This document shows positions 49,023 through 60,863 of a DNA stretch of 64,000 bases, piece by piece. The stretch lies in assembly GCA_964270895.1 (NCBI GenBank), contig OZ185439.1, one strand, 5' to 3'. The DNA is from Podarcis filfolensis (lineage: Eukaryota). Position 1 is the stretch's first letter, and every line of letters begins with the position of its first letter. A program made the position numbers and the translations under genes. Under the pieces are notes generated by a model. The model did no database searches. It saw only the letters and a program-made list of their open reading frames with translations, and was not told where the DNA came from.

Positions 49023-49740
49023 CACCTAGGCCGTAGAAAGGTATCAGCTGAGGGTAGGGTGAGTGATTGTATGAACACAATGGGCCTCATACACAGTTGC
49101 AGAGGAATTATTGGTCCTCAGTGGGAAGGCAGCAAATTGACCAGAGCAGTCAACACAAGATTCTTTAATGTTTGTTTCTCATGACCCACTGACTCAGGCT
49201 TGCGGGATCTACTTTGTGTTTTATTTGAAAGAACCTTATGATCCAGCAATAAGAGCCAGGTGCGGAAGATAAACACTCCGGATTAAAGAGCTGGGTGTGT
49301 TTGAGCAGCTGCTGAGCAGAGGGCTTTGCTTTGAGTGCCAGGATGGACCTGGGTCCACAGTCCTTCTGCCCACAAATCCGTTCCTTGACTTTTCTTTGTT
49401 TCAGCTGATTAATTTCCATTTGGGATTCATTTTCTTGTTGCCATTGTCAAACAATTGGGAGCCAGAAATCTTTGCCTATTTACTGTACGTTAGCCAGAGA
49501 TCTCCCAGGAGATCCCTGTCTATGGCCTCCCACTCTTGCACTAACTGTTTCCCCATGTATTACTGTGGTGTCCATGCACATGCATTTAAAATTACTGTGC
49601 CATGACCATCTTTGGAACCCTTTGTCTTTATAGAAGATCTTCCCTGATCTTTCCTTTCCAGAGAGTCCCAAGGCAGGCAATTCACACTTCAGTTGTATAC
49701 CTTAAATGTGACCTCTTGCTTGTAGAGTAAAGGTTTGTGT

Positions 49741-50282
49741 TGTTACCGGAAAAATCCGAGGGCTCCCTTGGACAAAAAGTAAAGACACCAACCAGAGTAA
49801 ATTGGAGCAAATCAGCAGCCTGTAGGCTTGGCCTTTATTGGCTGTTGCAACAGGATGCTCCCCTCACTTGCAGGTGAGAGGAAAGACACAGAAAAATGGT
49901 GTGCAAGACCTTATAAAAACTTTTGAAATTCCCATCCTCTAGGTCAAGCCCACCCCCAGAAACATCATGCATACATTACAGAAAGGAGGGGTTGAGGGAG
50001 GAGTTGTGGTGGTAACCTGAGTGTCCTGTCACCTGGCTGGTTCCCTTCTCCTCCTCCCCATGAGTCATTTTCTGAAGACAAAAGGTAGTTGCAGTTTCCT
50101 GCCCCCTGAGGGAAGATCTGATCATTGTCCTTTGTTCCAGTCCATGCTGAATCCACTCCCATATGCAAGTTCTTTGTGATCTTGATTGTCTTCTGTCTAG
50201 GACCATCAGGGTTGGCATAGCAACTGGGCAGGGCTCCTGTGGATGTGCTGGGATGGTGAAGGGATTATGGTGCCCTGTATCA
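49741..50282 (-). mobile_element. Possible solo LTR
   Basis: TG...CA ends; minus-strand TATAA (~49912) followed by AATAAA (49834-49839); no TSD found. Confidence 0.4.
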
Positions 50283-52062
50283 AATCTTCGCCATTTTGTA
50301 GTCCTTCCTTCATGGAGTAAAATAAAAGTAGAACAATGCAAATCCGATGCATGGTTGATTTTCTATGAATTTATAACAGAAGCGTAGCGCATGTAGTGTG
50401 TGAGTGTGAGTGTGTGTGAAGTTTGTACAAACTGAATGATGGGGGGCGGGTTTCCTGCTACAGTGTGAAACAGTCTAATTTGAAAGCTGAATGGAACAAC
50501 AGGTGAATGTTGTGTTGTTTATGTGAAGGTCCTTCTTGGGTTGTAAAAGTTTGCCTTGTAACCGAGCACGCACAGTCCATAATGCTGGATCCTGCTTCCT
50601 GTGAATTTATTGCTGCACTCAGCAACTGCCAAGTGTGCTGGGTTCTGCTGAGTTTGGCTGTTGTTTTGCCAGGTTGTGTTATGAGCGCAGCTTTTTGGCT
50701 AGCGGAATCTTCTCAGCTGAATTGATGCTGCTTCTTTAATTAGCTGGGAACAAAGTGGACTTCCTTAGTAAGCAGCATTGTGCTTTCTTCTTTTCTTTTG
50801 ATAGGAGTAGCTTAACCAACGAGGCTGAATTTGGGTTTAGGCTGTTGAAGTTGTTAAGCGGGGAAACACAAGGCATGCCAAAAGCAGAGAGGGAGGTGGC
50901 AATGGCAAAAGAGGAGGGTTTGCAAAGGGTGCATGTGAACAAAAGCAACTGCAGGCTTTGTTACGCTTGGATGCTGCTGCTGCTGCGGCTACATTTCTAT
51001 CACACCTTTCTTCCAAGGAGCTCAAGGGGATGCCCATAGCTTATGTCCTTTTCATTTTATCTTCACAACAGCCTGTGAGATAGGATAGAGCGATGGAGAC
51101 AGTGTCTTGTCCGATGTCACCCAGTGGACTTCATGGCTGAGTGGGGAGTTGAGTCCTGGTCTCCCAGGTCCTGGTCCAGCACTAACCACTCTACCTGAGA
51201 TTGAGAATTATGGGGTCAAATGAAAACCAATAACCTCCACTTCCAGAAACACTTTTAAAAGGCCATAAAAGGCCTGGTTAGAAAGAAACATTTTTGCCTG
51301 GTGCAGCAGAATCAAGGACCAGGGATGATGGGAGTTGTAGTCCAACATCTTCTGGATGGCCACAGCTTCTACATCTCGGATGCAAAGTAATGTTAAAGTA
51401 AAAAGTGCTTTTGAACATACAGAGTCCCTGAGACATTGCCCCCCCCACCTGACACGGTACAGCCTGATGTGGCACAGCAGAGGCCACGTTTTACCAGACC
51501 TGGTGAGAGATACCTGGCCATGAAGAGATGGCATGTAGAGAGTCTACAAAGGGGGTTGTTTTGATGAGTATTGATGAAGCATGGACAGTATTTAGTTTGA
51601 AATACAGCACTGAGGCATCTTCCATTTACAGACTTAGCAAATTGCTTGGGCTTCTCAGCACTGCAAGCTTTTGCGTAAGCATAGCAGATAGAATGCTAGA
51701 CTTGGATCGGGAGACCTGGGTTCAAATCCTTGATTAGCTATGAAGTGTATATGGTGACCTTGGGCCAGTCTCCAAATTTCTACCATATTTACCTCGTTGG
51801 CTGTTGTGAGGATAAATTGGAATAACCTTAGAAGGATATTACCCGGGATAATCCCCAACCATTAATGACAAAATTAGCATGGGTAGTTTAAGCTGTATAT
51901 TGAGAGTTTCTTTCTGTTGGACACAAAGATGTGCTGTATTTTAAGTGTGAGTGTGTGTGTATGAGAAAGGAAGCATTTTGTCTCTGGTTTCACTGAGATA
52001 ATTTTCTCCCTTCTTTTCTTTTAACCACATAGTGGAAAATTCCGCAGAAGTTCCTTGGCTAT

Positions 52063-52065
<3 letters not shown>

Positions 52066-52106
<41 letters not shown>
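52066..52106. repeat. (AC)n microsatellite
   Basis: Direct reading. Confidence 0.97.
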
Positions 52107-52110
<4 letters not shown>

Positions 52111-52976
52111 CCTCTATCTATGTTAAAATTCCACTATACTAAAGTGTGTATATTGTGGGAGAAGGCTAATACAGTAGTTCAAATGCATTTTGAAATTTCA
52201 TTGTCCTCTATCTTAATGCAACTTTGGGATTAGAAAGGCATGATTCAAAATTGGGCACGCAATTTGGAGACCTTTGGGTAAACACCTGCCTTTTACAAGT
52301 TACAATTTGAAGAGTTAAACTACGAAACCCAAAGCACAGAAAGAGACTTTCCGAAGCTTAGAGAGAAACTTTCAGAAGCTGGCTTGGGCAGAGTCTTTCT
52401 GTGGCTTCCCCTGGTTACAGTAGAATAGTGGAGAGTTAGTAAATATGCTGCAGAGACTGAACCTGGGAGCTATTCTATGTCACATTGCTAAAAACCCAAT
52501 TCAATAGAACTGGAGGAAGCCATTTATGCATGTTTACTCATAATTAAGTCTCATTGTGTTCAGTAGGGCTTCTTCGCAGGAGTGTGTTTAGGACTACACC
52601 CATCAAATGATGGTTTGCTCCACATCAAGATAGGGAGCTTTTAACCCCCCTCAAGCATAGGGAAAAGGGAATTGGGATGCTGTGAGCTCAAGGCTTGCTT
52701 CTGCTCACTTGTTTTCTGAATAGACTGGTTGTGTGTACTTCTTCCTGGCTCTTCTGTTGGGATACATCTTTCACCCTTTTGCTAAGTCCTCAACTTCACC
52801 ATCTGCTCACTTTGTCTGGAAATAATGTCTAAGCTTCACTGGGAAGACAGTTGCTGTTATGCCTGAAATAATTTTCAAACTGCTCTGCTGCATTTGGAGA
52901 ATGTACTGCAGTGGTAATTTGCTCGAAAACTCTCCTGCCAAGAAAGGAACTTGGAAAGTGTAAGAAAGTAACGGGG

Positions 52977-52998
52977 GGTGTGTGTGTGTGTGTGTGTG
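52977..52998. repeat. (GT)n microsatellite
   Basis: Direct reading. Confidence 0.95.
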
Positions 52999-53167
52999 TC
53001 CAGAACCGTGAAAGAAAATTCTACAGCTCTCTTATTTTATCCCAGGCTCAGTGAGATTTATTTTCTACATAAATTCCTACTAATGCCATTCAGACATTTG
53101 GGGATCTTGAGGAAATTAAATAACCCAGTTTACTAACTAGGGGAGCCCGTGTTTTACTGGTCTTTTC

Positions 53168-53470
53168 TTGGTTTTAGCATCTAGTCCGCTAGATGACATC
53201 GCAAGGGATTGTTGCCTTAGGAGAGTGAGAAAAATTCTCAGGGATGACTCACACCCCGGCCATCACTTCTTTAATCTTCTACCCTTGGGCAGGAGACATA
53301 GAATAATCAGCTGTACCAACAGGCTAAAAAATAGCTTCTATCCATGGGCTGTTGGGCTGCTGAACAAAAAATAACATAGCGAAATTGACTTGCGAGGTGG
53401 TGTGTTGTTTGAGAAGAGATTGAGTGTTTGGGGGTGGGACGGAGGCTCGTTTAATTTCATTATACACAGG

Positions 53471-53507
<37 letters not shown>
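53168..53507 (+). mobile_element. Rex1/Babar LINE 3' end with (ATT)n tail
   Basis: CLRRVRKILRDDSHPGHHFFNLLPLGRRHR...RLKNSFYPWAVGLLN is the characteristic Rex1 C-terminus. Confidence 0.85.
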
Positions 53508-53509
<2 letters not shown>

Positions 53510-55243
53510 AAGCTGTGCCTTCCCAGGTAACTAGCATAGCATAGCAAAACCCATGGCGCAATGCCATTGCTTTCTTTTCCAGCTGCTGTATCCTGGTGAA
53601 CATCTCTGGTGGCCTAACCATGGTTCAGCAAGGCTGTTGGATTTGGACATAACACCAAGGCATTGTTAGAAAACAAGCCATGGCTCATAAGCCAACAGCA
53701 AACCATGGCTTAACATTGTGCTTTGCTGCCAGAAAGCAAGCCATGGTTAGCCTCTTGGATGGGTTCAGGCATTCAGACAAATTACACTTTGGCGAAATCA
53801 GCCGTGGCTTATCATATGTGCAAGCCAGGCCATTATTCCCAAACTTGCCAGGCCTAGCTGGTTGCAGCTTGCTGGGGGGAAATGCACATAAACAGGAGAA
53901 GGGTGGAGCATGTTTTATCATCTTCTGCCTAGCCTTCCTGCACAGTCACTTGTGTTCCCCAAACTGTGCCTATCCTTCAGATTCTTAACAATTACCCAAG
54001 ATGTTGCAAGTAATGCATTGCAGTTGGACTGCTGCAAACTGAAGCAGGGGTGGAATCAACTTTGGTCCTTTCTCCCTGACCTTGGATTGACCATCCTTTT
54101 TAGCAGTGAGTTCTGTGGCCTTGTAATGATTTATTTCTCCTCCTTCCTTTTGCTTTTAAGCCGTTGCAGTGTAGATATGTGTTCCTTTGCAGCACATCTA
54201 GACAAAGATGTTCTGTTGGAAACATGGGGCTTTTCCAGGTTGAATGGATCTGCTGCTGTTGCTGAACTGGTGAACTTGATCAAAACAGCTTATTTATAAG
54301 AGCCACCAGCTATAATCCTTGGGGAGAACTAATCCTAACATATGCCCAGCTTGTTGGGAATATAAAAGAATAGGGAGCTGAGGGTGCTTACTGCATTCAA
54401 GATACAGAGTTAATTTGATAAAACCGGGCTGAATGTGCTTTGGGTTGTTGGCTGGTGTCATGGAGGCGCAGTTTGCTCATCACTGGCTCTTAAACAGCCC
54501 CCCCCTTGTGTTTTGGAGGTTAAGAGGGGAAAATGAAAATGGGCAAAGTGATCACTTTGTGGAGTTTTGATCTGTGGTAGTTTGTTCACAAATGGAATTC
54601 AACTCTTGATACTTCAGTCATGAGCCAATGGATTTATAAGTCTGAACGACGATAACTGTTACCACCAACGTCCGCGGCAGTTTCCAGAGTGACACCGCCA
54701 AATGAAAGGGCTCTGCCCTGAGGAGCTTACAGACTAGTAGATTTTGCCTGAGGGTTAGGCAAAGGGGGAAAGAAAGCAGCACAGGTAATAAGGATGGATA
54801 TGAGAAAGTGCCGTTGTATCAATCTAAGCCTTATTGCAGGTGGCAGATGGGGACTGAGATGTCCATGCCAAGGGCCTCATGGGAAAAGAGGGGTTTGAAG
54901 AAGGGGGGGCATGCTATTGCCAGAATGGTGCCCTCCAGCTGCTGTTGGACTCCAGCTCTCAGCCGCTGCAGGCAGCATGGCCAGCAATGTTAGGATAATA
55001 GTCTCTCAACATTTGGAGGGCACCAGGCTGACTTCCTCCCTCCCCCCACAGATATTTATTAAAGTTTTCACAATCCAATAAAAATAGTTTCTAGAACAGA
55101 TAGAATCAAAAAGATAAGAAAGAGAGGAGAGATAGAACAAGAAAGGGGAAAAGAAAGAAGGAGGAGAAGAAAGGAACAGAGAAATAAGAAACATAAAAAT
55201 GACACCAGTAATAATCATAATAAAACACAAAATTATATGTATA

Positions 55244-55485
55244 CAGTGGTACCTCGGGTTAAGTACTTAATTCGTTCTGGAGGTCTGTTCTTAACCTGAA
55301 ACTGTTCTTAAGCTGAAGCACCACTTTAGCTAATGGGGCCTCCCATTGCTGCTGTGCCACTGGAGCACAATTTCTGCTCTCATCCTGAAGCAAAGTTCTT
55401 AACCCGAGGTACTAGTTCTGGGTTAGCAGAGTCTGTAACCTGAAGTGTATGTAACCTGAAGCGTATGTAACCCGAGGTACCATTG
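55244..55485. mobile_element. Tigger-like MITE, 242 bp
   Basis: Same family; TA TSD. Confidence 0.92.
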
Positions 55486-56439
55486 TATAGCCCTCTGTCA
55501 TAATTATGCCTTGACCTTCAATCTGCATACAAAGAAGCGAGTCTTCCACTGGATGTAGCTCTTCCTGGATCTGAAAGTGCTTTGGAAGCAATGGCCAGCC
55601 AATTCGGAGACACAGAAAGGTACAAAGAAGCACAGAAACTGCACTGGGTGTTGCTCATGTACCCAAATTGCAATTTCAAGTTTCTCCAGGATGGAGGTGG
55701 TACCTGTTTCCATTCTACAAATGAAGAAAAATGAGGCAAAGGTTGTCAGTTGATGGAATTTACTGTTTGTAAAAATCTCAATTCTTCTGGTTACCTGCAA
55801 GGAGTAAAAATCTCCAGGTGACCAGACTGGGAAGCTTTTGAACATGGCAGATGAGCTGGTCCTTGCTTTCTCTCCTGTCTCCTGTCTGCCAGAAATGACT
55901 GACACATGCCAGCAGGAGGGCTGGAAAAGAACCCAACAGAGGGCTGGTTACTTTGAGGGACCTTTTTGCAAGACTGTCTTTGACACAGCCAGGAAGTTCG
56001 CTACTGCAACTCTCCAAGAGAGCCGCAACTATCCTTTATGCTCTCCTAAAAGCCGGGCAGTGCACCATTGTGGCTTCACTTAGGCGGAAGATACTGTGTC
56101 CTCTGTCCCATAATTAGCCGCTCTATTCAACATCATCATGACAGCTGCTGTTTTCCAATACTGTGAGGTTCAGACCTTGGATCAGAAATAACTGCAGCTA
56201 AAATTAAATAGCAGTTATCATCCAGCTTCCTTTTCCAAGCAGCCAGACTGCTGATGGCCATTAAGAAGAAACCTGATTGTTAGGATTTAGAAAGCGGCTG
56301 CAGCGAACTTGAAAGTGCTGCTGGCTTTGAACTTTGGGGTTTTTCGTCTGCTGTAGACAGGGAAATTGCAACTTGTTTGTCTAAGAGTATTTTGTAAGGT
56401 GTGATTAAAAGGGGGAAGGGGTTAAAAGCAATTTTTAAA

Positions 56440-56570
56440 CATAGAATGGTAGAGTTGGAAGGGACCCTGAAGATCAACTAGTCCAACCCCCTTCAATGCA
56501 GGAATATGCAGCCATCCCATATGGGGATTGAACCTGCAACCTTGGGGTTGTCAGCAGCACACTGTAGCCA
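56440..56570 (-). mobile_element. tRNA-like head plus CR1-type tail SINE
   Basis: Same organisation as the 24534 copy. Confidence 0.65.
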
Positions 56571-57079
56571 ACTTCTCATATTAATGGTATCTGAGGGCTA
56601 ATTCCCTGTGGATTCTTACTGTGCTGTTATGATAACACAAAGAGGAAGGAACCATGACAGTTGCCCCATGACGGCCATTCCTTTATCCATCTGTTATTGG
56701 AGCCTGGTGAGGTGGTGATGGCAAATAATTTTATTATCTATTCATTTTTAAAATAAAAAATATTGCCCTTCAATGTAAATATTTCCAGGGCAGCGCACAA
56801 TGTTAAAATTATTCAAAACTGATCTCCAAGAGACAATTGCTGGTGTCATCAACATCTCAACCCCCAGATGTTGTTGGACTCCAAGTCCCATCGCTTCAGA
56901 CCATGGACCAGGCTGGCTGGGGCGGAGGAAAGGAGCCGGCTCAGTTCCTAAGGGCTCCCACAGAATTCTGTGTGACATAATCAGCAGGCTGTAACCTGAA
57001 CTTGGTCCAGATGGTGCTGAACCTCCTCCTTCCACTGGGGGACACCTGGGGCAGAGAGTTGGTTGGTGCCCTTGAGTGG

Positions 57080-57440
57080 TGTAATAGTTAGAGGGTTGGA
57101 CTAGGACCTGGCAGACACGGGTTCAAATCCCCACATGGCCCCAAACCCTAAAATGTATTTTATATAATCGACTTCTTATTTTTATTTCTATTCTTTGTAT
57201 ATTGTATTGTTGTTTTATGGCTATGGCCGATGGCTGATGCAAATAAAGATTCACTCCTTCATTCCCCACATGGCCACTGGGTGACTTTGAGGGCCGCTGT
57301 CTCTCAGCCTAGCCTATCTCACAGGGTTGTTGGCGGGATTGAAGGAGAAGGGGAGCACATTGTACACCACCTTGAGCTCCTTGGAGAAAAAAGAGAGATA
57401 AATGCAGTGAATGAATGGATGGATGAATAAAAAGTAGGTT
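57080..57440 (+). mobile_element. tRNA-derived (MIR/Squam-like) SINE interrupted by a LINE tail
   Basis: B box ggttcaaatcc; body continues after a 122-bp insert flanked by a 13-bp TSD; related copy ~51690-51830. Confidence 0.65.
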
Positions 57441-60346
57441 TCTCCTACAGCAAATGGTTGATATCTCGGTGCATGTGGGTGGGGGAATAAAGGGGGTGCT
57501 ATGGCTGGGGAGCCGGGGGGGGGACTCTTGTGGTAAAGGCACAGCCTCCCCTCAGTTTTTTGCGCCCTGGGCAGCCTCCACACCCGGAAATCCCACGGAG
57601 GTAAAAGTGTGATGTGGCGCAGTTGCAGAGGCGCTCTTGCACCCCAGAGGTCTTTGCAACCCTCAGAGCCAGGCTCTCCACACGGCATAATGACAGACTT
57701 ACCTCACAAACCAGCAGCAAGAGGAGAAGGGCCTCCTCCCTCCGTTCAGGCTTGGAGAAAGTGGGGGAGGATTTGGCTGTGGTGCGGACAGCCCGTTCTT
57801 CGTGCGTTTTGCCCTGCCATGTGCTTCTCTTCCACCCTCCTCTTCCCACCCCTCACAACTGCTGCTGCCCGGCCGTCTCCTCCCATGTCACTGCGACCAA
57901 ATTAACCCAGGCTTGCAGGTCAGTTCCTGTCCATCTGCCTCCTTCCTTTTTAGACATTTGGGACTGTCCAAGGCTGGTCTGCAGCAATACGTAGCCTTAC
58001 ATTCCAAGGGGCCGGAATGGCAGGCCTGCTTTGTAAAAAACGCAAGAAAACGGGAGGTAGGAAAATGTGTGACTCTCCACTAACACCCCCCCCCCCCAAC
58101 TTCTAGAACTACCTGCATGGAAGAGGAATATTTCCTGGCGGTGAGCTTAAGTTTTCCGTCCCAGAGCAAGTGGTAATGTGATGAGGTTTGGGAGTTTTCT
58201 TCACTGGGACATTTGATGCTCTCCTTGCCAGCTTAGTGCTTAGTTCAGAAATAGAGCACAGCTCAGCAGTCTTGGCAAGTGGGATTTAAAAATAAAAAAA
58301 ATAAAATTAAGGACAGAGCATATTCTCTCTCTTTCTCTCTCCCCCACACCTGCCTGCTCTTTGTTGAATTGCAGAATGGGGAGGATCATTGGGCATGATT
58401 TATTTTTAGTTCCACATTTTAGTTTCTCTGCCAGCTTCCGAGTCCATGGGGGTGTTTGGGAAATGCAGGACATGATCTGTTCCAGAGAATGCAAATAGTT
58501 GAAGGTGGGGCGGGAGGGGAAGAGAAACCGAGGCCATTGATTTCAACAATAGAAAATGAGCTTGCGACTGTATCAAAATGCGTTGTAATATGAGCCTGAG
58601 AGCCTGCTTTGCGGTGGCGCAGTGATGCTAGATTGGCTCCGTCCGCACTCTTTGTTTGCTGGCACAACAACAACACTTCAGGTTAACTAGAGCTGTGTGT
58701 GCAAGTCTGTCCAAGTGCAGAGATATCACTGGTGTTGGACCCAGAACTAAGGCTATTTAAACGCGCATCGTCATGATGTGATGATCACGTTTGCAGCAGT
58801 TGTTGATATTATATGCGTAGGATTGCCACCTGAGCAGAAAGATCTGCTCCCATGGCTCTGGACCTGAAAAATACAGCATTCTGGCCTTCTGATGTTGGCA
58901 GAACAAGGCATAGGAGCAGGAGTTGGTTAAAGAGTTGGCAAACACCACCTTGAAATCCTTCATTGGTCTTAGTTTATAGCCATAACATTTTCCATGTATT
59001 TCCCTCCTCAAGCAGTTTTTGGGCTTGAAGCAATTGCTCCAAGGCAAAACACTTTTGAGGGAGCTAAAGTTAGACTTGCTAAGAAAACAGCATTGAAATC
59101 GGCAGAGTGGGATCGATAAAAAATGGATGTTTGCTGGGCCATTTTTGAAGTTTACAAACGTTTCGAACCCATTACTGGTTACATGCCAGGATGCAGTTTT
59201 GCTGACCAGTGCCATAAAATAATAGTTGGCAATTTTGCTTCTGTTTCTTTAGCAAAATTATGCTGTAGAAACAAGGAGCTTCATTTTATTCAGAACCCCC
59301 AGTTGCAAACTTCATCTGGCAAGCTGTTTGGAGGCCCAGTGGATTTTAAAAGGCCCGCATGCAAAGTGCAGGATTGGCTTTGTGGTCTGTGCCTCATTCT
59401 TGAGGAATCCAGATATGCTTCATATCCTGCCATAATTTGGAATGAGCTCACATTTGAGTGCAGTCATGAGGAAACCTGCTGTTAAATCATTGTATGCTCA
59501 TTCCCTGGGGACTTGGTTTTGGCGTCCAGCACAAACGTTGCGTGTCTGCTATAAGAATTATAATTCTCATCCATTCAGCATGTGGGCAAATGGAGGTGTT
59601 CCGTTATTGTTGGAGATGTTCTCTGCTCCCGAGTAATCCAACAGCAGGAAAAAGGCGGCGTTTTTGCTCTCTGCCCCCCTCCAGTGTCCAATATATGGGA
59701 GAGGAAGGTTAGAGCTGAGTGGATGTTTGAACGTAGAAATGGAAACATACAATTGTAGACTTGGAAGAGACTCCAGGGATCATTTAGTTCAACACACTGC
59801 AGTGCACCTCAGCATCCATTTTGAAACCATACCAGACCCTGCTTACCTTTGTAAATGTGCTAGCGGTTTTATTAATGCACCACTCAGAGGAATAGATTGC
59901 TCTTTACTTCTGAAATTTTAAACCAACAAACTTGCTGGACTCAGACATGGCTGTGCGCCTCATTATATGGGCCAACTAAAGTCTCTCTTGTTTTCCCATT
60001 TAAATCTCCTTATTCAGCTTGTGCTAATTAGGGCAGCAAATAATTGGTGTGAAGTACAAAGCACTGTGAACACTTGACAGCTCATGTTCTCTCTTCCCTT
60101 CCCACTCTGCAGAGCATCCTAGGAGACTTTTGCCCTCTTCACTCAGTGTTAGAAACTGAGGTATGAAAGCGAGGAGCTAAATGGAACCTGAAACCTAGGT
60201 TACGGGCGCAACAACGGAATGTCTAGGCGCACTTTTTAATAACAAGAATACAAAGCTGAAAATGAAGGAACTGAAGCTAAAGTCTTATGTTCATTTTTCA
60301 CATTATCTGGTCGTTCCCCAGCCCACCCCGCTACTACTCTTAAGAG

Positions 60347-60680
60347 CAGGGGTCAGCAAACTTTTTCAGCAGGGGGCCAGTCCACTGTCCCTCAGACCTT
60401 GTGGGGGGCTGGACTATATATATATTTTTTGTGGGGGGGGGGGGAATGAACGAATTCCTATGCCCCACAAATAACCCAGAGATGTATTTTAAATAAAAGC
60501 ACACATTCTACTCATGTAAAAACACCAGGCAGGCCCCACAAATAATCCAGAGATGCATTTTAAGTAAAAGGACACATTCTACTCATGTAAAAACACACTG
60601 ATTCCCGGGCCGTCTGTGGGCCGGATTGAGAAGGCGATTGGGCTGGATCCAGCCCCCGGGCCTTAGGTTGCCTACCCCTG
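60347..60680. mobile_element. hAT-type MITE, 334 bp
   Basis: TIR caggggtcagcaaac / gttgcctacccctg; perfect 8-bp TSD cttaagag. Confidence 0.9.
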
Positions 60681-60863
60681 CTTAAGAGGGTCTCTTCTCC
60701 AGTCTTCAGAGAGTGGGGCGGGGGGCAGAAAAAGGTCCTTTCCTTCCACTCTGCAGTTTTAATCTGAAATCTGCGCCCAGAGCTCAGAACCTGCTTGCAC
60801 TAATGAAATTCCCTGCCACAAAATGTGCCTAGAACAATGGGAATTTCGAACCCTGCCTTCACT

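Noticed and set aside
54700-54920. Possible ancient L2-like remnant (ctctgccctgaggagcttacagactag)
   Set aside because: The match is too short to delimit or classify without a profile search.
58757-59485. 152 aa (-) and 120 aa (+) ORFs in PARVB intron 1
   Set aside because: No recognisable domain or splice-compatible exon; consistent with chance ORFs.
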